From: a virus
Taxonomy: Duplodnaviria > Caudoviricetes
DNA length: 61,727 bases
IMG/VR virus record: IMGVR_UViG_3300020061_000007
Span: 1 to 61,727 of that record
Strand: one strand, 5' to 3'
The notes under the pieces are model-generated. The model was given only the letters and a program-made list of their open reading frames with translations. It was not told where the DNA came from and searched no databases. How positions within the stretch are numbered: position 1 is the stretch's first letter; each line of letters begins with the position of its first letter. Position numbers and translations under genes: made by a program. Shown here piece after piece: positions 1 through 8,819 of this stretch.

Positions 1-135
1 GCAAGATGAGAGTTGAATCTGATTTCGGGTATGAGCCGTCGCTGCTTTTCGAGATGGAGCGAGTACAGCCGGAAAAAGATCCTAAGAAAAAACGCGGTTC
101 GTTGTGGATGCACCGGGCAACGATACTGAAAGACC
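1..135. repeat. Terminal direct repeat, left copy (circular-assembly overlap)
   Basis: Identical to 61593-61727 except one base (127 T vs 61719 A). Confidence 0.97.
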
Positions 136-689
136 GCACTGATTTGATGAACGGCAAGGTGATCGATAACCCGAAATTTGAGGACTTCTTGCCGATCATC
201 TCATCGCTCAATCTCGGCGGCAAGCATTTCGTTGTAGATCCAACCCGCAACTCCGACTCACTCATTCACTCACCCGATTACTCCTACGAGGACCGTAAGA
301 AGGCACAGAAGATCGCCGCGGAAGAAATTGAGGGGGAGCTCATCAGCGCGTTTCCCGGCACGACGAAAGAGGAGAAGAAAATCAAGGCCGATATTCTCGA
401 CGCCGTTTTCGAGTCGCGTTCATGGACAAAGATCAGCGATCTGCGCGCGGAGAGGCTTCAGAACGGACTGTACGACATCAAGTATTTGCTTGAGCAGATA
501 AAGGCCACCGACGAACTACCACCGGGAGATGTTGTGCCGTGGCTGCGCCGGTTGTTGACCAGTCGGCCGACGACTGTCATGGACGATGCGCCGGCAGTTG
601 ATCAATCCGATGATATTCCAGATTTTTTGCCTCTGTCGGAAAGTGTACGCCAGTCGGAAGCGGCGGTAGCAGAAAAGAGCGCAAAGTGA
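6..689 (+). CDS. AAA-family ATPase, C-terminal part (continuation of 61064..)
   Basis: In-frame continuation across the terminal repeat. Confidence 0.85.
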   Translation: MRVESDFGYEPSLLFEMERVQPEKDPKKKRGSLWMHRATILKDRTDLMNGKVIDNPKFEDFLPIISSLNLGGKHFVVDPTRNSDSLIHSPDYSYEDRKKAQKIAAEEIEGELISAFPGTTKEEKKIKADILDAVFESRSWTKISDLRAERLQNGLYDIKYLLEQIKATDELPPGDVVPWLRRLLTSRPTTVMDDAPAVDQSDDIPDFLPLSESVRQSEAAVAEKSAK

Positions 690-1099
690 AATGGCGGATT
701 TGTGAGCACGGCAAAAGGCCGTCTTTTTGTAAAGATTGCCAACGGCAATACGATAAGGATCGAGCAAATTTGAGCCATCGGGTCACAGCGCGGGAGGTGT
801 ATCGACAAACTGCGGCCGGTAAGGACGCAGGGAGGCGTGCGCACCTAGCCTATGTTGAGAAAAACAAAGACCGTCGCGCTGCGCATGTTGCTGTTGGCAA
901 TGCCCTAAGAGATGGGCGGCTGTTTCGAAAACCTTGCGAAGTGTGCGGCGCAACCAAAGTTCACGCTCATCACGACGATTACGCAAAGCCATTAGAGGTT
1001 CGGTGGCTTTGCAGACGGCATCATGTCGCTCATCACAAGGAAGCGAGTGCGAAGCAGACGAGCGGACGCAAGGGGCAGCAGGCGGAGCAGGGTGCGTGA
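686..1099 (+). CDS. HNH endonuclease-like protein
   Basis: KPCEVCG...HAHHDDYAKPLEVRWLCRRHH motif; paralog of 59529..59951 and 13244..13681. Confidence 0.8.
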   Translation: MKWRICEHGKRPSFCKDCQRQYDKDRANLSHRVTAREVYRQTAAGKDAGRRAHLAYVEKNKDRRAAHVAVGNALRDGRLFRKPCEVCGATKVHAHHDDYAKPLEVRWLCRRHHVAHHKEASAKQTSGRKGQQAEQGA

Positions 1100-1413
1100 T
1101 GAAAGACGCCTGGGGCAAAGAAATGACGGTGCGGCCGTTCTCGAATGGGACACAGTACCTGGATTGGCAGGCATCAAATTGTGATCGATGTACCAAGGCG
1201 GCGACTGAAGCGGACTATTACGCTGGAAAGTTTCCCTGCGATATCGAGAAGGAATTGGCTTACGCGGCAGTTGGCGACGGCACCATCAACGATGAGATCG
1301 CCGCCCGATTGAAGCCGGACCCAGAAAGCTACGTTTGGCCGTGCGGGGAGTGGGAGCCAACCGAGGCGTGGAAGGCGGAGTACGCAGCCAAGCAGGGAAA
1401 AGCGCGGGAATGA
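1099..1413 (+). CDS. Hypothetical phage protein (Cys-containing)
   Basis: ATG overlaps upstream stop; FSNGTQYLDWQASNCDRC. Confidence 0.7.
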   Translation: MKDAWGKEMTVRPFSNGTQYLDWQASNCDRCTKAATEADYYAGKFPCDIEKELAYAAVGDGTINDEIAARLKPDPESYVWPCGEWEPTEAWKAEYAAKQGKARE

Positions 1414-1829
1414 CCGACCGCCACCGATGGGACCAGACCTGGGGCGGGCGCTTGTACCATGCTGAGTACAACGCACAGATCCGCAACACCGCCTTTGCGC
1501 CGCACCCGCCGGTGAAGGTGACTCACTGCGGGGCGTGCATGCGGTTTTTTAAGCGGGAGGGGATGCGGAGAAAGAGGAGAGAAGCCAATGAATCGAGAGG
1601 AGAGAAGCCAATGAATCGAGCGGAACATTTAGCGTGGTGCAAGCAGCGAGCCCTGGAATACTGCGATGCGAACGATCCGAATCAGGCGTGGGCGTCGATG
1701 GCGTCAGACCTGGGGAAGCATCCGGAGACGGAGAATCATTCAGCCATCGCGTTGGGCATGATGATGATGGTAGCGGGCTTGCTGCGAACGGAACCGGAGA
1801 TGCGGAAATTTATTGAAGGGTTCAACTGA
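1410..1829 (+). CDS. Hypothetical protein; second start at 1611 (MNRAEHLAWCK...)
   Basis: ATGA coupling at 1410; RBS GAGGAG before 1611. Confidence 0.6.
   Translation: MTDRHRWDQTWGGRLYHAEYNAQIRNTAFAPHPPVKVTHCGACMRFFKREGMRRKRREANESRGEKPMNRAEHLAWCKQRALEYCDANDPNQAWASMASDLGKHPETENHSAIALGMMMMVAGLLRTEPEMRKFIEGFN
1573..1618 (+). repeat. 23-bp tandem duplication containing RBS and ATG
   Basis: AGAGGAGAGAAGCCAATGAATCG twice. Confidence 0.95.
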
Positions 1830-1981
1830 TGGCAAATGATGATCTGGCAATGCTGACAATCCACATGGACCGCAAATGCACGAGCTGCGGACAAAAGGGC
1901 GCCACCGACGGCGGGCTGTGTCTTGAGTGCGTGTCAAAACTCGCGGCTCTAAAAAAACTGACAGGAGGTAGCAAAGCATGA
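1829..1981 (+). CDS. Small zinc-finger protein (50 aa)
   Basis: CTSC...CLEC; overlaps neighbours at both ends. Confidence 0.6.
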   Translation: MANDDLAMLTIHMDRKCTSCGQKGATDGGLCLECVSKLAALKKLTGGSKA

Positions 1982-2361
1982 CGGAAATATTACCGAACGA
2001 AACTGTGGTGAGTCTCACCACTCTAAACCAGGGAGCGGCGATCGATCTATTCGATGTCGAGCTCCGCAAGGTGCTCGCCGACATCGCCGATCCGAACGCC
2101 TCGGCGCGGACCAAGCGCGAGATTACCCTGAAGGTAGTCTTCGCGCCCGACGAGGACCGCGGCATGGCCATGGTCGGCATCGATTGCAAGTCGAAGATCG
2201 CCGGAAGGCGCGGCAGCGCAACGCGGATCTTCTTCGGCGTGATGGACGGACAGCCGGTCGCCGTTGAGGCGATCCCAAACCAGGGACGGTTATTCGACAA
2301 ACAACCCGGCAAGTTAAAAACCGTGCCCATGCGCACTAAGGAGAGTGGCAATGTCGATTGA
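1978..2361 (+). CDS. Conserved phage early protein
   Basis: RBS AGGAGG; ELRKVLADIADPNASARTKREITLKV resembles a common prophage family. Confidence 0.75.
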   Translation: MTEILPNETVVSLTTLNQGAAIDLFDVELRKVLADIADPNASARTKREITLKVVFAPDEDRGMAMVGIDCKSKIAGRRGSATRIFFGVMDGQPVAVEAIPNQGRLFDKQPGKLKTVPMRTKESGNVD

Positions 2362-3067
2362 CGGAGAATTTATCACAACCCTATTGGAGAACGTCACGCC
2401 AAAAACTTTCGAGGTAGCCGGCAAGACGTACTCCAGCGAGGCGCTTCACAACCTGCCCTTACCCACGGAGCCGCCGTTTCCCACGGTTAAGCTCGAAACC
2501 CTGGACAGCCTGGTCGACTACATCAAAAGCAACCGGGACGGACAATTTGAGGCGGATAGCTGTCAAATTCTTTGCGGTCACGCGGTGGTGCAACTCTTCG
2601 GCAAGCCACAAGGGGAGAACCGCCGGCGCGATATCCTCGTCGACGTGCACAGCGGCGCGCAGGGCTATTCGTTCGGGAGTTTCTTCGATCTGGAGCAGTT
2701 CCGGATCCAACTACTGACTCAGTTCGAGCCGACGCCCGACCGCGACAAGATTCTCCAGTTCATCGCCAAGGTCACCGACGAGCACGTCAAAACCTCGCAG
2801 GATGACGGTGTATCGCAAACCGTGAACGTGAGGGTGGGAATCGCCACGGTCGCCAGTCAAACCGTGCCCTCGCCGGTCCTGCTTCGCCCAATACGGACTT
2901 TTATCGAGGTCGAGCAGCCCGGCGGTCAATTCCTATTCAGGATGCAGAGCGGCAAGGAACTGCCCCAGGCTGCGCTGTTCGAGATTCATACCAACTGGAA
3001 GCGCGAGGCGGCGGTGCTGGTGAAGGATTATCTCGCGGCGAAGCTTGAGGCGACGATCCTGGCGTGA
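2351..3067 (+). CDS. Conserved phage protein (DUF2303-like)
   Basis: RBS AAGGAG; TLDSLVDY and LRPIRTFIEVEQP motifs; usual partner of the preceding gene. Confidence 0.7.
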   Translation: MSIDGEFITTLLENVTPKTFEVAGKTYSSEALHNLPLPTEPPFPTVKLETLDSLVDYIKSNRDGQFEADSCQILCGHAVVQLFGKPQGENRRRDILVDVHSGAQGYSFGSFFDLEQFRIQLLTQFEPTPDRDKILQFIAKVTDEHVKTSQDDGVSQTVNVRVGIATVASQTVPSPVLLRPIRTFIEVEQPGGQFLFRMQSGKELPQAALFEIHTNWKREAAVLVKDYLAAKLEATILA

Positions 3068-3137
3068 TCTGGGACGAGGTGCGCGGGTCACCGGATTAGA
3101 ACGCGAGATAAACGAAGAGGAAGCGGAGGGAGAAAGA

Positions 3138-3773
3138 ATGCAATACCCGAAAATTGAAACCCTGTATGAACGTAACATGGATACGTTCAAAGTCGATCCG
3201 TCTAAACTTAAAAATCGGACTTACTCCCTCCTGAAGTCGTGGCAATGGAGTGAAAAAATCGACGGCACAAATATCCGCTGCATCTGGCAAGGCGATACGC
3301 TCAGCTTTGGCGGCAAGTCTGACAATGCCCAAATTCATGCCGACTTGATCAGGTGGCTTTATGAGAACGTGACGCCGGACAATATGGCGAAAGTATTTCC
3401 CGAAACGAATGCGGTGATCTATGGCGAGGGTTACGGCGCGGGGATTCAAAAGAATGGTGGAGCATACAGTCCGGTAAAGAAACTCATCGTGTTCGACGTG
3501 TTGGTTGCCGGTCAATGGTGGCTGAGTTGGGAGAACACCGTTGATGTAGCGCAGAAGCTTGGTTTGGACACCGTGCCATTCATCGGAGCCATGACGCTTG
3601 AGGATGCAACAGAGATGGTGCGCGCCGGCTTTCAATCGCGTCTTGGCGACGGTTCGCACGTAGCGGAGGGAGTCGTTGGGCGACCCGCCGAGACTCTATT
3701 TGACAAGAAAGGTCATCGGCTAATCGTGAAGCTAAAGACCTCTGATTTTCCCCGAAAAGGAGAACAGCCATGA
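3138..3773 (+). CDS. RNA ligase (Rnl2-like nucleotidyltransferase domain)
   Basis: Motif I EKIDGTN, YGEGYG, FDV, EGVV, KLK; RBS GGAGG before ATG 3138. Confidence 0.85.
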   Translation: MQYPKIETLYERNMDTFKVDPSKLKNRTYSLLKSWQWSEKIDGTNIRCIWQGDTLSFGGKSDNAQIHADLIRWLYENVTPDNMAKVFPETNAVIYGEGYGAGIQKNGGAYSPVKKLIVFDVLVAGQWWLSWENTVDVAQKLGLDTVPFIGAMTLEDATEMVRAGFQSRLGDGSHVAEGVVGRPAETLFDKKGHRLIVKLKTSDFPRKGEQP

Positions 3774-4096
3774 ACGAAGAACTAAACCGGCTTTGGCAGC
3801 AGGCAGAGGAACAGGGCGAGGCCGATATCGGCGAGATCGTGGTGTGCGATTTTTGCGACCGGGAGTACACCAACAGCGAAGAAAAGGGCGGGCTGTTGTT
3901 TCAGTCGAGAGGGATCTGTCCGGTCTGTACGCCAAAAATGCTGAAGGACGCCGAGCTCTACGGCGAAGAGCGGTTTATTCGGGCGGTGGCCAACGACGGG
4001 GAGACCTTTAAGGCATTTATCCTCCGTATCCGCGGCGGGAATAACAAGATCAAGATTGGACCTATCAGTAAGAAGACTGTTTTTGAAAGAGAATAG
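3770..4096 (+). CDS. Zinc-finger hypothetical protein
   Basis: CDFC...CPVC; RBS AAGGAG. Confidence 0.7.
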   Translation: MNEELNRLWQQAEEQGEADIGEIVVCDFCDREYTNSEEKGGLLFQSRGICPVCTPKMLKDAELYGEERFIRAVANDGETFKAFILRIRGGNNKIKIGPISKKTVFERE

Positions 4097-4109
4097 CGCG
4101 GAGAGCAGG

Positions 4110-4946
4110 GTGCCTAGAATCCGTCATTGGTTTCACGTTACGCACGATATAAACGGCGATCCAGAAATGTGGGAGCTAAGGGACAAGTTTGGTGACCGCG
4201 CGGGGTTCGTTTGGATGGAGATTTTGAGCATATCAGACCGCAACGATGGGCTAGTTGGACACAACCTCGATCAGCTTCGGAATCAACTCGCGTCCAAGTG
4301 CCGCACCAGTCGGGTTAAGGTAGACGCGATAATTAACTGGTGTAGAGACAGGTCCTGGTTGCTTCCCGACCGCGTCCCGATGCCGTCCCAACCCCAACCC
4401 GATGCCAACCCGACTGCAACCCGGTTGGAACCCGGTTCAAGTCGGGATGACATTGAGTTGGTGTCGCGAGATGGCTTGAGAACACGTAGCCATGCGGAAT
4501 ATCACCCTTCTCGGGATGCTAAAAAGAATGGTGGAGCATCCCCTCCTCCCTCCCCTCCCATCCCATCCCTCCCAAAGAGTAAGAATAAGAGTAACCCGCC
4601 TCCTACGGAGGCTGTAATGTGTGCTCAACTTCTCTCAGATAAAATCTTTGAAAACTTCCCGAATCGGACAGCACCAACCGAAGCGCAGTTGATGTCTTGG
4701 GCCTGGGATGCCGAGAAGATCAACCGTTTGGACAACCATTCGTGGGCCGAGATATGCGAGCTGATCGAGTGGGCGCACGCTGACTCATTTTGGCGGGCGA
4801 ATATTTTATCGATGAGTAAGCTTCGAGAAAAATGGAATCAGCTAACGGCGAAAAAGGAGTCATCCGATGAGCGACATCGTGAAGCGGCAGAGCCGAAAGG
4901 AAATGCAGGTCTCAGGGATTTCCTCAGGCATCAGGACGAGCGCTGA
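4110..4946 (+). CDS. Replication initiator (lambda O-like)
   Basis: N-terminal winged-helix-like segment, low-complexity linker, C-terminal FWRANILSMSKLREKWNQL motif typical of O-like proteins. Confidence 0.8.
   Translation: MPRIRHWFHVTHDINGDPEMWELRDKFGDRAGFVWMEILSISDRNDGLVGHNLDQLRNQLASKCRTSRVKVDAIINWCRDRSWLLPDRVPMPSQPQPDANPTATRLEPGSSRDDIELVSRDGLRTRSHAEYHPSRDAKKNGGASPPPSPPIPSLPKSKNKSNPPPTEAVMCAQLLSDKIFENFPNRTAPTEAQLMSWAWDAEKINRLDNHSWAEICELIEWAHADSFWRANILSMSKLREKWNQLTAKKESSDERHREAAEPKGNAGLRDFLRHQDER
4363..4434 (+). promoter_or_regulatory. Putative replication origin iterons
   Basis: NNCCC(G/A) units at 4363, 4374, 4385, 4396, 4407, 4418 and 4429, an exact 11-bp period, inside the initiator gene. 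Confidence 0.65.
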
Positions 4947-5388
4947 AAGTTTCGCGTTGCCCTGGGCCAAGTTGTGCGCTGCTTACCCGCGATCCGAGAA
5001 TAGCAAAGCAACCGTGGCTATTTACCATGAGCGGCTAAAAAAGTTTGACGCGGAGCACTTGATGGCGGCGGTAAACATAGCGATCGACCGGTGTAAGTTT
5101 TTTCCAACCGTGGCCGAACTGATTGAAAACATCGCCTCTCTGACTGAGAGCCAGACGTTTTTAGATGAGCCGCGGCCGAGCAAGGAAGAAGCAGGGGCAA
5201 TTTTGGCAGCTCTCCACGAACAGATCCGTCAGTCTGAATCAGCGGACCTGAAGAGCACCGAGAAGCGCATAGCGGATCGAAAGGCGGAATTGAGCCAGCA
5301 GGCAAAACGCCTTGGAGTGACCACGGCTAAAATCAAAGCGGCAAAAGAGACGATGGTCGACGGGAAAGATGAAAGCGAAACCCACTAA
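4867..5388 (+). CDS. Helicase loader/inhibitor-like protein
   Basis: Follows the initiator; AVNIAIDRCKFFPTVAEL motif. Confidence 0.65.
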   Translation: MSDIVKRQSRKEMQVSGISSGIRTSAESFALPWAKLCAAYPRSENSKATVAIYHERLKKFDAEHLMAAVNIAIDRCKFFPTVAELIENIASLTESQTFLDEPRPSKEEAGAILAALHEQIRQSESADLKSTEKRIADRKAELSQQAKRLGVTTAKIKAAKETMVDGKDESETH

Positions 5389-5758
5389 CGATTTCCGCAA
5401 CATCGCCCGCGGCACCGAACAGATGCAGGACATGATCAAGGCATCGGAAAAAAAGGACGGCTGTGAGCCTAAAATCACCGTCCCTGAACCACTGGAGTCC
5501 GCTACCCTCGCCGTCCAAATCGACTCAACAGTCCTCGGCGCCCCGATCTGGTTCGCGCTGGTCGACGAAAACAGTCCTGAGTTAAAAGTCCTGAGTCCTG
5601 AGTTGGGGGCGGGGACTCAGGACTCATTACTCAGCACTCAGGACTGTTGCGTGTTCTATGCGTCCGAGCTGCCGGCGCTGCGCACCAAGAGCCCGGAGCA
5701 GTTGCGCGAGATATTCAAAGTTAAGACGGCGTTTTGTGGGGGGAGGGTGCGGAAGTGA
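5369..5758 (+). CDS. Hypothetical protein with in-frame heptamer-repeat hairpin
   Basis: Operon position; overlaps neighbours. Confidence 0.65.
   Translation: MKAKPTNDFRNIARGTEQMQDMIKASEKKDGCEPKITVPEPLESATLAVQIDSTVLGAPIWFALVDENSPELKVLSPELGAGTQDSLLSTQDCCVFYASELPALRTKSPEQLREIFKVKTAFCGGRVRK
5571..5647. repeat. Palindromic heptamer-repeat element
   Basis: (AGTCCTG)n followed by (ACTCAGG/C)n; ACAGTCCTGAGT...ACTCAGGACTGT inverted ends. Confidence 0.85.
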
Positions 5759-7410
5759 GCTTCCTGATTCTTCAAGCCGACGCGCGCGCGATACCGATGG
5801 GGGATAAGTCGGTGCAATGCTGTGTCACTTCGCCGCCGTATTGGGGGCTGAGGGACTATTCGATCAAGCCTTCGATCTGGCCTTCTGCGCGTAGCGCTAT
5901 GTGCGAAGGACCGCATTCGTGGGGTGGAGTAATTCCCGGCGACAACCGCGGTGGTAGCGGCACGCCAACAGACAAGAATAATCGAGGCGAAGGCTACGGA
6001 CGTGATCAGGAACGCGGCTCATTTTGCCGCTGGTGCGGCGCCTGGCTCGGTTGTCTCGGGCTCGAGCCGACGCCAGAGCTTTTCGTTGCTCACATCGTAG
6101 AAGTATTTAAAGAAATTTATCGCGTGCTGAAGGATGACGGGACTTGCTGGGTTAATTTGGGGGATAGCTACGCGAGCGCATGGGTATGCAATCGACGCAG
6201 CGAAATTGGCAGCGGATCTCTTGAGAACGGCAAACGCGCAGACCGTCCGAATCGGCTCGTCGGAGGATTAAAAGAAAAAGACCTCGTAGGCATCCCCTGG
6301 TCGGTAGCAAAGGCGCTTCAGGCTCCACAATACACAGGGAAAATTAAAAGCGAGTTAGAAAGGGTCTGGCTTGCCGCGATGATCGACGCGGAGGGAACTA
6401 TTTGCGGGTTTACGCACCTACGCAAAGACAACGGCGACATTCGCCAAGGGATTCACGTTACTATCACGAACAGCAATACGGCTATACTAGATCGATGCTT
6501 TGAGATTTGGGCAACCACGCGGGAAGAGCATAACCAGCACAGCAATGGACATTTAGGCGATCTACCGACTTGGCGCTGGATCGTTCACGGCATGGAACAG
6601 AAATCGAGGTTGCTCGCGGAACTCTACCCGTACTTTGTCGGCAAGAAAAAACAGGCGCTTCTAGCATGGAACTTTCTTGAGATCAGCAAGACGACGCGAG
6701 GCCGCAATAAAGGCGAGGAAGGCCGGGATAACCGCGAAAAGTATGCTTGGATCGTTACGGCGCTGTCGAAGCTGAATCACTTGGAGGCTGTTGATATTCC
6801 CTCGTGGTGTAAAGAGCCTCCGTCGCTTTACGAACCTGGATGGTATCTGCGCTCTGACATCATTTGGTCAAAGCCCAATCCCATGCCCGAGAGCGTCACG
6901 GATCGGCCAACCAAGGCGCACGAGTATATCTTTTTGCTGAGTAAGCAGGAGAGATATTTCTTCGATGCTGACGCTGTGCGCGAAGCACCTACGAGCGTTG
7001 ATAAACGGGCTGGTAGAAACTCAAGCTGTTTAGTCGATAAATCGCCCAATCCGCGTAAGGGCATGAGGTCTAGCGACCCTGAGCGGTTCGGGTTAACGCG
7101 CAATCATGGAGCGCCCAACGAATCATGCACGCATGAAGGCGGCCGCAACATCCGCTCAGTCTGGACCATCGCCACGCAACCCTATGCCGAGGCGCACTTC
7201 GCCACCTTCCCCCAAGAGTTAGCGCGGACCTGCATCAAGGCGGGTAGCCGCAAGGGTGACATCGTGCTCGACCCGTTTGGAGGCGCCGGCACAACTGCGC
7301 TGGTGGCCGACAAGCTCGGTCGCACCGGCATTTCCCTGGAACTCAAAAATGAATATTGCCAGATGGCGCGCAAACGATGCTTCGACGATGCGCCGCTGTT
7401 AACTTTCTAA
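5755..7410 (+). CDS. DNA methyltransferase (N6A/N4C, beta class) with inserted LAGLIDADG domain
   Basis: TSPPY catalytic motif, HFATFP, DPFGGAGTT SAM-binding motif; GTG start overlaps upstream TGA. Confidence 0.92.
   Translation: MSFLILQADARAIPMGDKSVQCCVTSPPYWGLRDYSIKPSIWPSARSAMCEGPHSWGGVIPGDNRGGSGTPTDKNNRGEGYGRDQERGSFCRWCGAWLGCLGLEPTPELFVAHIVEVFKEIYRVLKDDGTCWVNLGDSYASAWVCNRRSEIGSGSLENGKRADRPNRLVGGLKEKDLVGIPWSVAKALQAPQYTGKIKSELERVWLAAMIDAEGTICGFTHLRKDNGDIRQGIHVTITNSNTAILDRCFEIWATTREEHNQHSNGHLGDLPTWRWIVHGMEQKSRLLAELYPYFVGKKKQALLAWNFLEISKTTRGRNKGEEGRDNREKYAWIVTALSKLNHLEAVDIPSWCKEPPSLYEPGWYLRSDIIWSKPNPMPESVTDRPTKAHEYIFLLSKQERYFFDADAVREAPTSVDKRAGRNSSCLVDKSPNPRKGMRSSDPERFGLTRNHGAPNESCTHEGGRNIRSVWTIATQPYAEAHFATFPQELARTCIKAGSRKGDIVLDPFGGAGTTALVADKLGRTGISLELKNEYCQMARKRCFDDAPLLTF
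6325..6837 (+). mobile_element. In-frame LAGLIDADG homing-endonuclease-like insertion (approximate limits)
   Basis: WLAAMIDAEGTI motif; splits the normally contiguous KDLVGIPW..ALQA | GWYLRSDIIWSKPNPMPES segment. Confidence 0.82.
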
Positions 7411-7429
7411 GCCAACCCAAGGAGCCCGA

Positions 7430-7678
7430 ATGTCGACCAAAAAAAAGACTTTAACGATCACGAAAACCACCGCGGGAAAACGCTGGACGATTCAAGTGTC
7501 CGGAGCCTCCCCCGAGTTGCGAGTTCTGGTTCAGGGCGCGCTACGGACGATCGCCGAGGAGCATAACGTGGCGATACTTAACGGCGTCTCTCCATGGGAT
7601 GAGCCAAAAACCCGCAATGGCAACGCCGCGGCGCCCGATCCGCTGTTGCCGAATCTGGCGGTGGGGCAGCAGGGATAG
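7430..7678 (+). CDS. Hypothetical protein
   Basis: RBS AAGGAG. Confidence 0.65.
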   Translation: MSTKKKTLTITKTTAGKRWTIQVSGASPELRVLVQGALRTIAEEHNVAILNGVSPWDEPKTRNGNAAAPDPLLPNLAVGQQG

Positions 7679-7686
7679 GAGGCGCC

Positions 7687-8025
7687 ATGGCTAAGGAATA
7701 CAGCACCGGCGACGGCCTGCAGACTATCGAGCTGTTTAACGGCTCCCGAACTCAATGGCCGGATCCCGAGCGCAAGCTGATGGCGCATATCCTGTGGGAC
7801 GCAATCGAGGTTTTGAAGATGGATCCCGCCATCCGCCGGACTCGCGCGCGCAAGCAGAAAGTCTATGGCGATGCGGTGCGCTGGGTCATGAGCGATGACC
7901 AGAGCTGGATTTTTTCGTTCAGCAACATCTGTGAAACGCTCAATTTGGACGCTGGCGCAGCCAGGCTTGCCCTACAGCGCTCGTTTGGGCTGCGGGGGAC
8001 GTTCAGGATCAAGAGGGTGGCGTAA
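7687..8025 (+). CDS. Hypothetical protein
   Basis: RBS AGGAGG; operon position. Confidence 0.7.
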   Translation: MAKEYSTGDGLQTIELFNGSRTQWPDPERKLMAHILWDAIEVLKMDPAIRRTRARKQKVYGDAVRWVMSDDQSWIFSFSNICETLNLDAGAARLALQRSFGLRGTFRIKRVA

Positions 8026-8411
8026 TGGGCAGGGGGCGCGGAAGAACGTCATTTGCGGGGCGGTTGAGGCGCCCAAAGAACAAATACGGGGCGATCAAGG
8101 TCAAGGCGGATGGCTATACGTTCGATTCGAAGCTGGAGGCGCGGTGTTACGAGGAATTGAAACTCAGGCAAACGGCCGGCGAAATAAGAATAGAAAAAGT
8201 TCACCCGCGCTATCCGATCGAGATACGCGGAAAGCCGGTATGCGTGGTGGAGCTCGATTTTGCCTATCACGATCTGAAGCAGGACAAATGCCATTTCATC
8301 GACGTGAAGGGGATGGATAACGCGCTGTCTAGGCTGAAAAGAAAAATTGTGTGCGCCGAATATAACATAGAAGTTGAAGTAATTCCGTCCAATGAAAAGA
8401 AATCGCGTTAA
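8025..8411 (+). CDS. DUF1064-family PD-(D/E)xK endonuclease
   Basis: NKYGA..DGYTFDSKLEA, DFAY, DVKG motifs. Confidence 0.85.
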   Translation: MGRGRGRTSFAGRLRRPKNKYGAIKVKADGYTFDSKLEARCYEELKLRQTAGEIRIEKVHPRYPIEIRGKPVCVVELDFAYHDLKQDKCHFIDVKGMDNALSRLKRKIVCAEYNIEVEVIPSNEKKSR

Positions 8412-8433
8412 AACACAAGGAGGTGCCCAGAAA

Positions 8434-8514
8434 ATGAAGCTCTTATTAATCGCGGTGACCGTAATCGGGATCGTCGGCATGATTGTAATCCAGCAACTTA
8501 ATTGGGGATTTTGA
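8434..8514 (+). CDS. Small membrane peptide (26 aa)
   Basis: RBS AAGGAGG; MKLLLIAVTVIGIVGMIVIQQLNWGF. Confidence 0.55.
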   Translation: MKLLLIAVTVIGIVGMIVIQQLNWGF

Positions 8515-8547
8515 AAGGCGGTGAGCCGTGGTGGAGGAGAATTCACA

Positions 8548-8727
8548 ATGACCGAAAAAGAATATCTGGAGCGATGTTGGGCCAATAGGAGCAATTCAGG
8601 CACTGGCCCGTCGGAGCCGGAATTAACAAAGGAACAGGTTATTGACTATCTACGCCGGGCAGAGGAGGAAGAGCAGCAGGAAATTTACGAACTGCTGCAT
8701 CGAGAGCAGAACCGGAGGATTCGATGA
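8548..8727 (+). CDS. Hypothetical protein
   Basis: RBS GGAGGAG, ATG at 8548. Confidence 0.6.
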   Translation: MTEKEYLERCWANRSNSGTGPSEPELTKEQVIDYLRRAEEEEQQEIYELLHREQNRRIR

Positions 8728-8804
8728 TTCAACTTTTGACTACAATCGGGTTTTTGACTGGCATGGCGTTTCTAATTGGCCTGAGTATTGGCGTTAATTT
8801 GTGA
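8724..8804 (+). CDS. Small membrane peptide (26 aa)
   Basis: RBS GGAGG, ATGA coupling; MIQLLTTIGFLTGMAFLIGLSIGVNL. Confidence 0.55.
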   Translation: MIQLLTTIGFLTGMAFLIGLSIGVNL

Positions 8805-8819
8805 AAGGCGGGTGAGCCG

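Noticed and set aside
1-135. Biological terminal repeat (T7-like DTR)
   Set aside because: It falls mid-gene and its length is typical of an assembly overlap; packaging ends cannot be inferred from it.
6325-6837. Intein in the methyltransferase
   Set aside because: No N-terminal Cys/Ser block, no His-Asn end, and too short for HINT plus endonuclease.
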